From NCBI GenBank assembly GCA_051313645.2, contig JBNRSN020000003.1, forward strand, positions 507,842,001 through 507,906,000: a stretch of DNA of 64,000 nucleotides, written 5' to 3'. Below, one piece after another: positions 37,944 through 50,865 of this stretch (position 1 is the first letter of the stretch; each line of letters starts with the position of its first letter). Under the pieces are notes generated by a model. That model did no database searches and was not told the DNA's origin. It saw nothing but the letters and a program-made list of their open reading frames with translations. Origin of the DNA: Centroscyllium fabricii. Its lineage: Eukaryota. The position numbers and the translations under genes were made by a program.

Positions 37944-40229
37944 TCTTTAACCAGTGAGCTAGCATCAGCCAAATCTCAGTATGAGCAAATAGCAGAGGAT
38001 ATAAGCGCTCTAAAGGGGGATAAAGAACAGATGATCCAGCAAGGAGATGCACTAAAATTCGAGAAAGAGTCCATATTCTCTGAACTGTCAGAGCTGAAGT
38101 TACAGTATATTTCCCTGCAGAAAGAGCAGCAAGTGTTAGAATCAAAGAATGAGGCGCTCCAGTTGGAAAAGACAGCATTTCTAACAGAAAGGCAAGATTT
38201 TGAGTGTAATCAGCAACAACTTGGTCTGGAAAAGGATGCTTTAGCCACTGAAAAAGTCCAGTTTCTCCTGGAAATCAAACAATTGCAGCAGCTACTTGAT
38301 ACGTTGTCAAAAGAAAACGACGCCCTCCGAGCCTCGCAATCCAATCTAAGCAAACTACTGGGAGAAGTTCAGATAAACAGCAAAGTAACAGAATGTGAAC
38401 GAGCTCAGCTGCTTCAAGAAAAGGAAGAGTTGTTATTGGCCCACAGGAAAGTAATTACAGAAAGAGAGGAACTTACAAAAGAAAAAGACAAGATTACCCA
38501 AAACTTCCACAAGTCATGTGAAGAGACAGCAATTGCTCTTGAGAAGCTGGTGAAAGAAAGGGACGATCTGATGGTGGAAAAAGACTCTCTCTCACTGAAA
38601 TACTCAAAGCTTGAAGCTCAGGATGAACACTTAGCAAAGGAGAAAATTCTGTTGAAATCGGCAAGTGATGAGCTTGCATCTGAAAACGAAACTCTTGAGA
38701 AAGAGAAGGGAGATCTTGGTTCACGTTTGCAGAAGACCGTCTTTGAAAAGCAAACCATCATTATTGAAAGGGATCAACTACAGAATAGTCATGATCTTTT
38801 GAAGAAAGAACTAGAAAAATATATGAAGGAAAATGCAGAACTTCAGGCCTCAAAATCCAGCCAGTCAAAACTCTTGGATGAGATTACGAATAGCAGGGAG
38901 GTAACAGACTCTGAACGTGCCCAGCTGCTCCAAGAGAAGGAAGAGCTAATTACATCTCAGAGAAAACTAACTGTAGAAAGGGACGAACTTGCAAAGCAAA
39001 CAATGGAGTTGACTGCAAAGCTGCAGAAAACAATTGAGGAGGCAGCCATCATTGAGAAAAAGCTGAGTGAAGAAAAAGATGCTCTAAAAACAGAGAAAGG
39101 CTCACTTTGGCTGAGGCAGTCACAGCTCGAAACCCAGTGTGAATCTTTACAAAAGGAGAAGGAGACCTTGGAATCAAAAAGCAATGTGCAGTTGTCAGAA
39201 AATGAATCTCTCTCAGACGAGATAGTCGCATTTAAATCAAAGCAACAGCAGGTCGTCTCTGAAAATACAGCCATAGCTGCAGAACGGGATCAGCTCCTTG
39301 GCAACGTTGAGTTCTTAAAGAAACAACTTGATAAATTGGCCAAAGAAAATGGAGAGCTGCAGGTGTCTCAGTCAAGTTTGTCTACACTTTTGGATGAGAT
39401 TCAGAACCGCAAAAAACTTGTGGATTCAGAGAGACTTTGCTTGTTGCAGGAGAAGCGGAGACTGGCAGCTGAACTTCAGGAACAGTGCTCTGAAACAGAA
39501 AAGTTTATGACACAGCGGGTGGAATTAGAGGAAAAATATAATAAATTGAATGAACAGGTGAGAGCACTTGAAAACCAACTAATACAAGAAAGGGATGCAG
39601 CAAAAATGGAAAAAGAGACTCTCATTATGGCTCATTCAAAACTTGAAAGTAATTTCCATCTATTGCAGAAAGAAATGGGTGTTCTTAAAGCTAAAAATGA
39701 TGAACTACTTTCAGAAAAAAACTTGCTAGTAAAAGAGAAAGAGGTCATTGATGCTGAACAAAAGAAGTCTGCTAGTGAGAAAGAAGACCTCGTAGCTGAG
39801 AAGAATTGGCTGAGGTCCAGTGTTGAAGAGCTGAAGAAGGAGTTTGATATATTAACCAAAGAAAAAGTAGAGCTCCAGGCTTCACAGTCAAAACGTTCGA
39901 GACTCTTGGATGAACTTCGCAGTCGCCAGGAGGTGTCCGACTTGGATCGGGTAAAGCTATCGGAAGAGAAAGATGATTTACTGGCAACAGTACAGAAACT
40001 CCATACAGAAAAAGAAGAGCTTGTTCGAGGGAAGGACGGGCTAGCGGAATCCCTCTGCAGGTTGCGTGAAGAGGCTGCTCTTTCTGCTCAAGACAAGGGA
40101 GAAACTGTAGCAAAGCTCCAGCAACTGGTATGTGAGAAGGAGCTTTTGCTGAAACATGAAGAGGACCTTGCTTCCAAATTAAAAGATCTTCAGGTTCATC
40201 AGAATATTACTTTATCAGAGAAGATTGAG
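37944..40229 (+). CDS. CLIP1: CLIP1 giant, probably alternatively spliced, coiled-coil exon, SLTSELASAK...NITLSEKIE (762 aa)
   Basis: Pyrimidine tract then tgaag|TCT; open frame through ORF 38031..40334; donor GAG|gtacca at 40229 (an alternative phase-0 donor at 40193 is less likely). Phase 0-0, so it is skippable in frame. The start resembles the SLTYLLTSAK exon recalled from long mammalian CLIP1 models. Confidence 0.85.
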
Positions 40230-42072
40230 GTACCAAATATAAGCATTCAGATAAATCCAGAAAGTTATGGGCACTTTTGTTCACTAATGAGTGCACTAAC
40301 CGGTTTGGTTTTGAACTTTTTTGATCACTATTAACCGTGTTTGTCAACTATGCTTTCGATTACATTAATTCTGGGAAATGATTTTTGTGGCTTGTCACTC
40401 CAATAAATGGTGTGGGCATTTTGCACGGGTAATTATAAAAGTCCTGTTTCTGATTTTTCCTGAATTAATTTGCATTATATGAAGTTACAATTCTTGTTTC
40501 TAGGGTGTGGATAAAATGAAGGTTTAAGTATGCTTTAAAACAGAAATGGTTTAGATTTTTCTGTTCATTTTAGTTCTGTTCGAGTTTACCAAAAGGACTA
40601 TTTTACATGTTCTCAAATTTAACAGATTGGTTATCCTCAACAAATCCTTTTCTTGGTTATTTAAAAAAAAAATCATCCTGATTTTCTTGTCACAATTTTG
40701 TGTTTTAAACAAAATGCAATTATTTTTAAAATCTTACAACTTCACACTTATCCACAGTGAGACTGCCAACAGCTAATTTCAACAAAGGCAAAACCGATTT
40801 GAAGCCATTAGGCAGAAATGTACGAGTGTAAACTACTGAGTGAGTGAATGCATTGTACTCAACCATACAGACCAGGAAGCTCCCAGGTTTGATCATGATC
40901 TGTGCGGAGTTCGCTGATTGTGGTTGGTTTGCTACTACAACTGTTCGAAGTGGCTCTAGAATAGGGAAGAAAAGAAAGGATTACATTTAGCGAGTGTCAA
41001 AGAAATGTCTCAATATGTTTCACTCACAAAGGATCACTGTACTTCGAAGTAGTGAATTGTTTTTTCTTTACTTCTCTGTGAAACACCTTGAAACACTTTT
41101 ATATTTAAGATGTTTTATAATTGCAAGTTGTTGTAATCGGAGTAGTTAGTGATGGGTGGAGTATTCACCAGGGTTTCCACTCCTGTTCACTATTCAGTGA
41201 CACCTGGTGGACAGTGGATGCACATGAGAAAGATGCGAGGTCAGGATCACTATCAGCTGTGATTTCTTCCACGCGCCTGTCTGTGGTTGAATAGATGTGG
41301 ACACTCACCATCTCCGCTCACACATGAAGAATGAGCACTTGATAAAACACCAGAGGGGTGCCAGTGCCCATGGAAGCATACTATGCACTAAAGAAAACTG
41401 GTGGGCAAGGGATGTGAGGTTGTACATTTAAGCTAGTCCTTTGAAATTTAATAGCGAAATCTACTAATAAAAATTCCAAATTGTGCTTTGTATTTAAAAC
41501 AAGCTAAATGAATACCGAGAATTGGCAACTAAGTAATATGTGGCATACAATGTTTTAATTATCCTCAAAACCTAATTTAATGTCTGATTCTTCAAAATCA
41601 TTTTCTCTTTGTAATTCACAAGGTGAGTTGGCTTGTTGGCAGTTTCTAATGTCTGAATTTTAGCTTTGGTTTTCCCTATGTTAATTATTATTATTTTTTA
41701 AATCAGTGGCATGTTTGGCATGAAACTGGATTTGACACATTGGAAACGTATGATTTTACTGCATATTCTTTCTGCAGAATTTTAAAGAGTATTTAATGGT
41801 AATGGTGACTAACATTCGACATGATTCTGTGGAATGTGAAAATACAGGTTCAGCTCAGAAAAATATGGTTAAAATTTCTAAATAAAACCAGCATGATGAA
41901 TTTCTAACATCTATTTTTCAAAAGTCAGGATTACATCACGTGCCAGACATCAATTAACTTAATCTGTCCACATGCAAGAAGTGCTTTAAGTAACTTTCAG
42001 AATTTTCCTGTAACCTGTTTCAGTGAAACTTTAAACATTTATTTCACACTATGAAATGTTTTGTATTTTTAG

Positions 42073-42210
42073 GCTTCAAAAAAAGCTGAAGAGGCTGGAA
42101 AGACATTAGAGCAGGTTATGAAGGAGAAAAATATACTGGACCAACAGAAGACTGAAACTTTGGTAGAATTGAAAGAGTTCAGGCTGAACAACCAGAAGCT
42201 TCAAAATGAG
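42073..42210 (+). CDS. CLIP1: CLIP1 coding exon, ASKKAEEAGKTLEQVMKEK...NQKLQNE
   Basis: tttag|GCT ... GAG|gtaaga; 138 nt, phase 0-0; similar to human [23 protein letters not shown]...NAKLQNE. Confidence 0.92.
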
Positions 42211-42517
42211 GTAAGAACTGACCCATTGCTTTGTTCTATGTGGGCTCCAGAATATTAGACAGAACATAGTATATAAAGCATTGCTCGAATGAGACATAAG
42301 CCAAGGATTGCAAACCGCTGATGTTAAATTGCAACCAAGGGTAGCTTAAAAATAGAGTGGACCTGTCTTCTCTAATTATTGTTTTAGTTAAATTAAGTGT
42401 CTGTTCTTAATATTCTCATGTCATGTCTTTGATTAATGTAATAAAAATGGTGTGCATTTCCTCCTGTCACATTGAACTTGGCAACGCATTTTCTTTAAGG
42501 TACTTGCTAGACAATTT

Positions 42518-43490
42518 AACAACTTGCACTTATACAGCACCTTTATAACGTAATAAAATACCCAAGGTGCTTCATAGGAGCGTAATAAGATAAAGATAGA
42601 CACTGAGCCAAAGAGGGAGACATTAGGACTGGCAACCAAAAGCTTGGTCAAAGAGGTAGGTTTTAAGGAGTTTTTTAAAGGAGGAGAGAGGGGCGAAGAG
42701 GTTTAGGGAGGGAATTCCAGAGCTTAGGGCCTAGACCGAGGAAGACATGGTCACAAATGGTCGGACAAAGGAAATGGGGGAGGCACAAGAGGCCAGAGTT
42801 GGAGGAACATAGAGGTCTCTGTGTTGTAGAGCTGGAGGAAGTTGAAGATGAGGAGGAACGAGGCCGTGGAAGGATTTGAACAGGAGGATGAGAATTTTTA
42901 TTCGAAGAGTTGATGGATTGGAAACCTATGTAGGTCGGCAAGCACAGGTGTGGTGGGTAACTGGGATTTGGTGCAAGGTCGAATACGGGCAGCAGAGTTT
43001 TGGATGAGCTCAAGTTTATGGCGGTTGGAAGATGGGAGGCAAGCCAGGAGAACATTGTCAAGGAGTCAAGTCTGGAGGTGACAAAAGCATGGATGAGGGT
43101 TTCAGCAGCAGATAGGCTAAGGCCGGGACGGAGAGGAGCGATATTAGGGAGGTGAAAGTAGGCAGTCTTTGGTGATGGGGAGGATGTAGGGTTGGAAGCT
43201 CAGCTCAAGGTCAAATAAGACACCGAAGTTGCGATCAGTCTGGTTCAGCCTGACGCAGTGGCCAGGGAGGGGATGGATTTGGTGGCTAGGGAACAGGGGC
43301 AGTTTGTGGCGGGGGCCAAAGATGGTGGCTTTTGTCTTCCCAATGTTGGAGGAAATTCTGGCTCATCCAACATTGAATGTCAGCACAGAAGCAGTGGAGG
43401 GGTCGAAAGGGGGGGTGGTGGTGAGGTGGAGCTGGCTGTCATCAGTGTACATGTAGAACCTGACGTATTTTTAGATGATGTCACCGAGAG
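42518..43490 (-). mobile_element. L2 LINE 3' fragment
   Basis: Reverse complement of the 14735-15546 family; tail aacaacttgcacttatacagcacc. Confidence 0.82.
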
Positions 43491-43758
43491 GCACCACAAC
43501 CTCCGCTGCCCATTTTGGCACTTTGTTCTCCCTCTTTCTCCCACCCTCCTTCCCAACAATTGCTGCTCCCAGGTTTTCTTGTCTCTTTTCCCACTCTTCA
43601 CCTGAATCTCTCCATGGCTCCCTGAATCTGTCCCACTACATGTAACCTTGTTTGGTCATTTCAGCTTTTACCATGGCAGCAACAGGGCTTGGTTGCGGCT
43701 GCAGCGGGGCTTGAGTGTCGAGCAAGAGTGATGCCAGAAGCCCCGGTAGGGCGGGCAG

Positions 43759-43884
43759 CAATGTTCCCTGTAAGCTGCACAGCCGGCTTGCCAGCTTTTC
43801 AATACAAAAACAGCGCATATGCGGTATTTTGACTGGCCCCTTAAAATGGCAACGCAGGGCCAAACGAAATTAGAGGGAACAATT
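43759..43884. mobile_element. 126-bp hAT-type MITE
   Basis: TIRs caatgttccctgtaa / ttagagggaacaatt; 8-bp TSD GCGGGCAG vs GTGGGCAG. Confidence 0.65.
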
Positions 43885-44116
43885 GTGGGCAGCCAGTTGA
43901 CGAGGATATGGTGCTGCTTCTACCTGCCTGGAAATAACCATACACTCCAACAAAGGTTTAAAGTGGTTATACGTTATGTATACCCTCCACCACAACCCTG
44001 GATATTACACTCCGCTTAGGATCTGTTAGCAAAAGTGGAATGGTGCATTCGTGATGAGAGTGTTTTCAGTTAAGAGCAAATTTTATTGGATAAGTCAACT
44101 TTAAAATAAACATATT

Positions 44117-45062
44117 GGCCGCGAAGTTGGCACCTTAGCGCCGGCCCATTAGCGCTGACAATCGGCGCTAATGGGCCAGCGCCGGCCTAGTGCCAAAATT
44201 AGCACCGGGCGCTAAATTGGCATAGTGATTAGCGCCGGCGCTAAATGTTAGCGCTCACTAATTAGCTATCAGCAATCCTCGTGGAAATGCGTGTGCAACG
44301 CCTACCCGCCGGGCTGAGCCAGAAATGTGCTTTTGCGCCAGTCCACCCCGCCCCGCGCTGCCAGCGCCAGCTTCGGCAAGTGCTGCAGTGGGTTTGAGTG
44401 GCCGCTACAGCGCTGCTAAAAGGGCCACCCTCCCTCTTCAGTCCGAGCGGCCAGCTGATGGGGAGGAGTCGGCCTGAATGGCTAATTGATGAGAGAGCGG
44501 GGAGGGGGGCCGCCCGACCCCCCTCCCTGCTCTCTGATCAGTTGCCGATCGGGGGCCGTCCGACCCCCCCCCCCCCCCCCCCTCCCCACTCTCTGATCAG
44601 TTGCCAATCGGGGGCCGCCCTACCCCCCTCTCTGATCAGTTGCCGATCCAGCAACTGATCAGAGAGCGGGAAGGCGGGTCAGACGGCCCCCGATCGGCAG
44701 CTGAACAGAGTGCAAGGAGGGGGGAGGGAGATTGGCAGCTGGTCAGAATGCGAGGAGGGGGGGGGGTGAGGGAGGCCCGTGGTCGGCAACTGATCGGAGT
44801 GCGGGAGGAAAAGATGCTGCTCTGCTTCCCCTTTAAGACCTAATCGGCTGCAGAGGTCATGAGGAAGCAAGCAGTTAGTGAGGGAGCGCTGCGCCCGGGA
44901 ATGGCAATTAGCGGCAAGATATTGGCTGCCTGGAAGCCATGCAAGAGGTAAATTAGCGCCAAAATCTGCAACGACGGTGCTAATGCCAATATCGGCCACT
45001 TCGGCGCTAATTTTTAGCGTAGCGCCAATTTTAGCGCCGATGCGCTCACGAATTTCCCGCCC
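44117..45062. mobile_element. GC-rich non-autonomous DNA element (possibly PIF/Harbinger-like) with subterminal TTAGCGCC arrays
   Basis: Imperfect TIRs ggccgcgaagtt / aatttcccgccc; sharp GC boundary against AT-rich flanks; TSD not clean. Confidence 0.55.
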
Positions 45063-45831
45063 ATAGTGTTTAACTCGAGTGAGAGAATTTGTTTTGCTGG
45101 TAAGTTACTTCCTGAGCAATTAACAAGTTATTTCATCGCTCACTTTGGGCTGCTTCGGGCTTGTGAATACCAGTCTGAAAATGTCCAACCTCCCCATATT
45201 CTTGACCAAGACACATTTTTGGGTTCACTTTCCTTATTGGCTAAAAATCTAGCCCATTGAGCTAGTTTGTTAGTTATCAGGTAACTAGGGAGCAAATACT
45301 GTTCTGTTGGGACAGATAATTGAGCATGAATAGCATGTGGAAGTATCCAAAGGCAGGTAAATATTGGCCCAGATTTTCATGCATTGGTGAGATCGGCGAC
45401 ATACGCCGTTGCCATCCAGCGCGCTGATTTCACCATTGATAACATCTTCCATATTTTCCTGCATTTCTAAGCCGAATAAACCACAACGAGCATGGTGGCA
45501 AATCAGAAGCCATGTGGTCAATGTTTGCTATAGTTCTTTAGTGACGATACTAAATCTTACAACTTGATCCCTTCTCAAATTTGATTTGTTTTTTAAAAGA
45601 TTCATTTCTGGGTCCTAGCAACCATCTAATCATCTTTCTGGTTTTTATGTAAAACTGACCAAATTGAAGTCCTCACTTCTCCAATCAGACCTCCTCAAAT
45701 CTATTCATGTTAATATAACACCATATGCAAATTTGATGAAGCAATAAACTGAAAAATGCCATTTTAAAAAGACAGTGAAAACTGTCAAAAGTTGCTGTCA
45801 ATCAAGTTGTATTGCATGATTGTATTGCATA

Positions 45832-46072
45832 AGTCCAAAGATGTGCGGGTTAGGTTTATTGGCCAGGATAAATTGACCCTTAGTGTTAGGGGGATTGAAT
45901 ATGTGGGGTTACGGGGATAGGGTGGGATATGGCTCGATAGGGATCGAGGGATATGGGGAGAGGGCAGGGGCGGGGTACTGGGTTTGGATGATCAGCCATG
46001 ATCTCATTGAATGGCGGAGCAGGCTCAAAGGGACGAATGGCCTACTCCTGCTCCTAGTTTCTATGTTTCCAT
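45832..46072 (+). mobile_element. 5'-truncated HE1-type SINE
   Basis: Matches about 17005-17249. Confidence 0.88.
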
Positions 46073-48318
46073 GATTGTCCTTCATAAATTTCAGCTTGGA
46101 GTTCTCGCAGTACAAATGCCCCAGGAAATTTTGGCGTGGCATAAGTAATGCAAACATTTTCTGGAAAATCTGCATTGGGTTTAGCTTCTAATTAACTTCA
46201 GTTGAACATATTATTTCATTAGTCAAAAGTCCATGCGCACTTAATTAGAAACTACATTAATAGACGGTTAACAAGAGTCTATGGAACCTATTCAAGTACA
46301 AACTGTAATTAAGCAGTCGACTGCATACTTATGCTTGGATCACTCGGCTGGGTTTAGATGCTGTCTCCTGTTTTCCCGAAGTGACAGGTAGCAAGTGCTT
46401 TTCCCCCTCTTTTATAGTAATCTGGTTGCCCATATATGGTCACATTTGTGACTATTACAATTTACTTAAGTCGTTGAGTTTTAGCATGTGACCCATAGGT
46501 CATTGAGTTTAACTTTGTTGGGCATCCGACAACCCATAGGCCATTGAACAGATTGCTGAACACGCAGGACCAAAGGGGCCTCATCCTTATCAGAACCTGT
46601 TCCATTGTCTAAATTGATCATCCTTTTAGACAGTGGTCAATTATATTTCATTACACGTCAGCCAAAATACCTTCCTACGCAGCTGGTAAACTTTCTGTAT
46701 GGTTTGCTCGAGATGTTTTCTCGGCTGGAACAACCTGCAATAGAATAGTCTATGAATATCTAAACCATTATTTTCTAAGAAATGTTAAAGTAAAATAAAG
46801 GTTAAAATGAGTTGTGCGCTTTAGAACTGGTGTTGAACGATGCTTTAAAAAGTGAAATGAGAGGAAAAATAGCTGGATTTGCATTTTTGATAGTAAAATA
46901 TTTTTGTTAATTATGTGATTGTTTCTGGAAACAATCTTGTATATGTTATGTAATCTGGTTTGCTGGAAATTTCAGATTTAAACGTCACAGCTTGATAATC
47001 CTGTAAATTGTGCATCATTCCTGGATACAGATCAGTAATGTAATTTACTTCAGTTGTTGTGTTGCTGTCGTTCATGGCTTCTGACCTGATTAAAGCTGAC
47101 AGCACTGTCAGGCAATTTTCTGGTGTTTAAAGATGAAGTATGTGTTATCAGGGATAAATATTCCAATTTGCAGAATGCAGCACAAGAAAGGCAGATTTGT
47201 TTTGTTAAAAGTACTTGCATTTTATTTATGACTGGATTTATTTTTCCTGTCTTGCCCAAATGCCAGAAAGGCTAACTCTACGTAAGGTACATGGATAAGA
47301 GATTTGGTGGAAGAGACATAAATCTTTCAAACAATATCATCTTTTTGTGATGTTTTCAGGAACTCCTGTTTTTAATGAGTTCTTAGAAATAAAGGTGAGA
47401 ATCTGTGAGGCCATAAAGCTTTACATGATGCCACTTATGCATAAAATCTGATTTGTTGGGAGTGTTACAGCTAAAGATTCAGCAGCCTGTGGTAGTCGGA
47501 CAGCTGGTTGGAGGCTGTACATCAGAATCGTTGTGTAATGCAACTGAGCCCTGGTGCATATGACAGATGATGGCACTGAGCATTCCGGTGCATTATATCG
47601 CACGTATAATTGGATCATACCTTCAGAATAATTTTTCAAGGAAGAAAATATCTTAATATTAACAGTAATGGATATCAGAGCTTTACAGGATAATTATTCC
47701 CCTTATTACTTCTCTGTGCAGCTTAAGGTATGATTTTTAAGGAACAGGTAATGTTCAGTTTTCTTTATAAATAACCTAGTGAGCAGTAATGGTATATTCT
47801 GGTAATCAGTAATGTGTGTTGTACAATGAATGATTTTACAGCAATTAAGATAAATTGTGTAGGCTTCTGTGTTTCTCAGAAGCGTTTTATTGGGTTTCTT
47901 ACATTTGAAGGAGTCACTATCTTTACTCAGGTAGGCTGCAGTTATAATTTTATTCAAAGATGGGGAAACATCTGGAAAGCGGCAGTGTTTGGTTTTGGTA
48001 CTAAATCACAAAGCAGTGATGGAACTTGCATTCAAAGGGAGGCTTTAATTTTTTTGTATAAGGGATGGTGGTAAGGACAGTTCTGTTTTTCTTTACTGAT
48101 AGACAAGCTTTTGCAGTGCTTGAGGCACAGCAGGATGGATTCTCTCTTCATAATAGCCATTTTCTTTTCTGCTAATGTGTTGGAGCAAAAGCTGCCTTTA
48201 ATATTAGAATACAGTCAGAGATGTCAGTTATTTGTTTTATTTTCTATACCGTTCTGGAAGATTCTAAAAATATTTTATTTGACTGCAGAAACAAAATACA
48301 TTTTTTTTCCTTTGTCAG

Positions 48319-48425
48319 CTGGAAGCTCTTAAGGAACAAAACACTAAATGCCAAGAAGATTTGAGCCATTCGAAACAGCAGCTCAGCTCTGAGAATAAGA
48401 GAATAGGAAGCCTTTGCAAAGAAAT
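48319..48425 (+). CDS. CLIP1: CLIP1 coding exon, LEALKEQNTKCQEDLSHSKQQLSSENKRIGSLCKE(I)
   Basis: gtcag|CTG ... AT|gtgagt; 107 nt, phase 0 to 2; similar to human [28 protein letters not shown]. Confidence 0.92.
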
Positions 48426-48935
48426 GTGAGTAACTGCATTTAATGTTCAAAATAATTGTGATATTGTTGTATAGATAGATTCTTCATATAACAGTGTTGT
48501 CATCTTTTAACTCTAGAGCACAAATGACTTAATTTCACCAATCTTCATTAACTTCTCTATTTTCACACAACACAATAGTAGAGAACTGAAGAATTTATTC
48601 TGTGCGAAACACCAGTCCATGGAAGGCTTCTTGTGACCTTAATGATATTAAAGTACAGCATTTTTTTTGTTCACCACCAGGAGGGGTACACTCTGTTTGC
48701 ATTTTTCCCTCCGTGGGGAGATGCTTGGCATCTGAACGGCACCTCCCTTTGCAGGATGGTTAAAATTGGGAACTCATACAAGACTAAATCTTATATGCAG
48801 CATTGTCAAAATTGCACTGCCAGTCAGTCTGTAGCTAAAGGGTTAACGTATTTTACCCTCCCTCCTCCACCAATTTTCTTTGCTCCTCTCCTGAAGGCAT
48901 TAATTTCTTACTGGGTACCTCGCCTGGCCATTCAT

Positions 48936-49249
48936 CGAATCATAGAATCCCTACAGTGCAGATAGAGGCCATTTCGGCCCATCGAGCCTGCACCGACACA
49001 TATCCCACCCTATCCCCGTAACCCCACATATTTAATCCCCCTAACACTGAGGGTCAATTTATCATGTCCAATCAACCTAACCCGCACATCTTTGGACTGT
49101 GGGAGGAAACCGGAGCACCCGGAGGAAGCCCACGCAGACACTGGGAGAATGTGCAAACTCCACACAGATAATCACCCGAGGCCGGATTTGAACCCTGGAC
49201 CCTGGCGCGGTGAGGCAACAGTGCTAACCACTATGCCACCGTGCCGCCC
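48936..49249 (-). mobile_element. HE1-type V-SINE with a different LINE-derived tail
   Basis: Reverse complement of the tRNA head and V-domain; tail ctgcactgtagggattctatgattc. Confidence 0.88.
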
Positions 49250-49534
49250 ACTGGAAGATTTTTTTTAATGCTATGTACACATTGTATAGTTCAAGTTACG
49301 ATACCTCGCCAAATATAATCTTCATTATCAGAAGTTCAGATCTCTGGAAGGAATGCTTTCATTGAATTTATACACTACCTAAATCTTCAGCATTCCATTT
49401 TGAATACAAAACAAATAGTGAGTAACCGCAAATAAAGTGTGATTAATTCCATCATTATTTTAAATTGACTCCTAATCCTTCTCGTGTATATATAATCCTT
49501 ATTTAACCGGGAAATCTCACTCATTTCAGAAACA

Positions 49535-49885
49535 GCAACAACTTGCATTTACATAGCGCCTTCAACAGTGCAAAAATGTCCCAAGGCGCTTAACAAGAGC
49601 GTTACCAATAAAAAAAAATGTTTGACATCGAGCCACAGAAGCAGATATCAGGACAGATGACCAAAAGCTTGGTCAAAGAGTTTGGTTTTAAGGAGCAACT
49701 TAAAGAAGGAGAGAGGTAGCGAGGCGGAGATACTTTGAAAGTGAATTCCAAAGCTCAGTGTCAAAGCAGCTGAAATGACAGCCGCCAATGGTGGAGCAAT
49801 TAAAATCAGGGATGCGCATGGTGCCAGAATTGGAGGAGCGCAGATATCTCAAAGGCTTGTAGGGCTGGAGGAGGTTACAGAGATT
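49535..49885 (-). mobile_element. L2 3' fragment
   Basis: Tail caacaacttgcatttacatagcgcc and ccaaaagcttggtcaaagag shared with the other L2 copies. Confidence 0.8.
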
Positions 49886-49949
49886 AAAAAAAACAAATCC
49901 TGCTTTTATTACTTTCTTTAAAGACTAAATAGAAAAGTACATTGTGGGA

Positions 49950-50170
49950 AAGGAGTCGTGCAGTGGGTGGTCTTTCACCTCTGGGATCAGTGTTCAAATG
50001 TAGCCAAGAATGATGAGATGGCAGTTCCCTCTGCCTACAAGGTCCTATGTGAACTAAGTTTGGGCATTCACAGTCCTGTTCCTAGTGGGTTGGGCCTAAA
50101 ATTGTTAATTTGTTGCTGTGGCAACGTCACCTAGACATGCCTAATGATTGTTTGAGTGGAGAAGTGTAAA
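49950..50170 (+). mobile_element. LF-SINE-like ancient SINE
   Basis: ctttcacctctggg...gttcaaatgtagcc...cctatgtgaa...cagtcctgttcctagtgg resembles the recalled LF-SINE consensus. Confidence 0.55.
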
Positions 50171-50194
50171 AAATGCAAACTTATGTGTTCGAGA

Positions 50195-50865
50195 CTAAGA
50201 CCTCTCATTTCCACCTCCGTAACATCGCCTGACTCCACCCCTGCCTCAGCTCATCTGCTGCGGAAACCCTCATCCATGCCGCTGTTACCTCTAGACTCGA
50301 CTATTCCAACACATGCCTGGCCGGCCTGCTCCTGTTTCTTGTGTTCTTAGTTGTACAATACACATAAGGATATCAGCCTTCAATGTTTTGCACTCCTGGC
50401 TGGCCTCCCACATTCTACCCTCCATAAACTTGAGGTCATCCAAAACTCTGCTGCCTGTGTCCTAACTCGCACCAAGTCCCGTTCACCCTTCAGCCCTCTG
50501 CTCATTGACCTACATTTGCTCGCGGTTAAGCAATGCCTAGATTTTAAAATTGGCATCCTTGTTTTCAAATCCCTTCATGGCCTCGCCCCTTCCTATCTCT
50601 ATAATCTCCTCCTGCCCTACAACCCTCCGAGTTATCTGTGCTTCTCCAATTCTGGACTCTTGAACATCCCCCATTTAATCGCTCCACCATTGGCAGGCGT
50701 GCCTTCAGCTGCCGAGGCCCTATCCTCTGGAATTCCCTCTCAAAAACCCCCTCTCTACCTCCCTTTCTCTTATCTGTCCTAATATCCCCTTATGAAGCTC
50801 GGTGTCAAATTTTGTTTGATAACGCGCCTTGGGACGCTAAAGGCGCTATATAAATACATTTTGTT
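50195..50865 (+). mobile_element. L2 3' fragment
   Basis: ORF 50351: IQNSAACVLTRTK...FKSLHGLAPSYL; tail ggcgctatataaat. Confidence 0.82.

Noticed and set aside
40194-40334. Donor at 40193 or read-through to the stop at 40334 as the end of the giant exon
   Set aside because: Similarity to the recalled mammalian exon extends past 40193 (LQVHQNIT), and the sequence after GAG|gtacca loses coiled-coil character; not fully excluded without RNA data.
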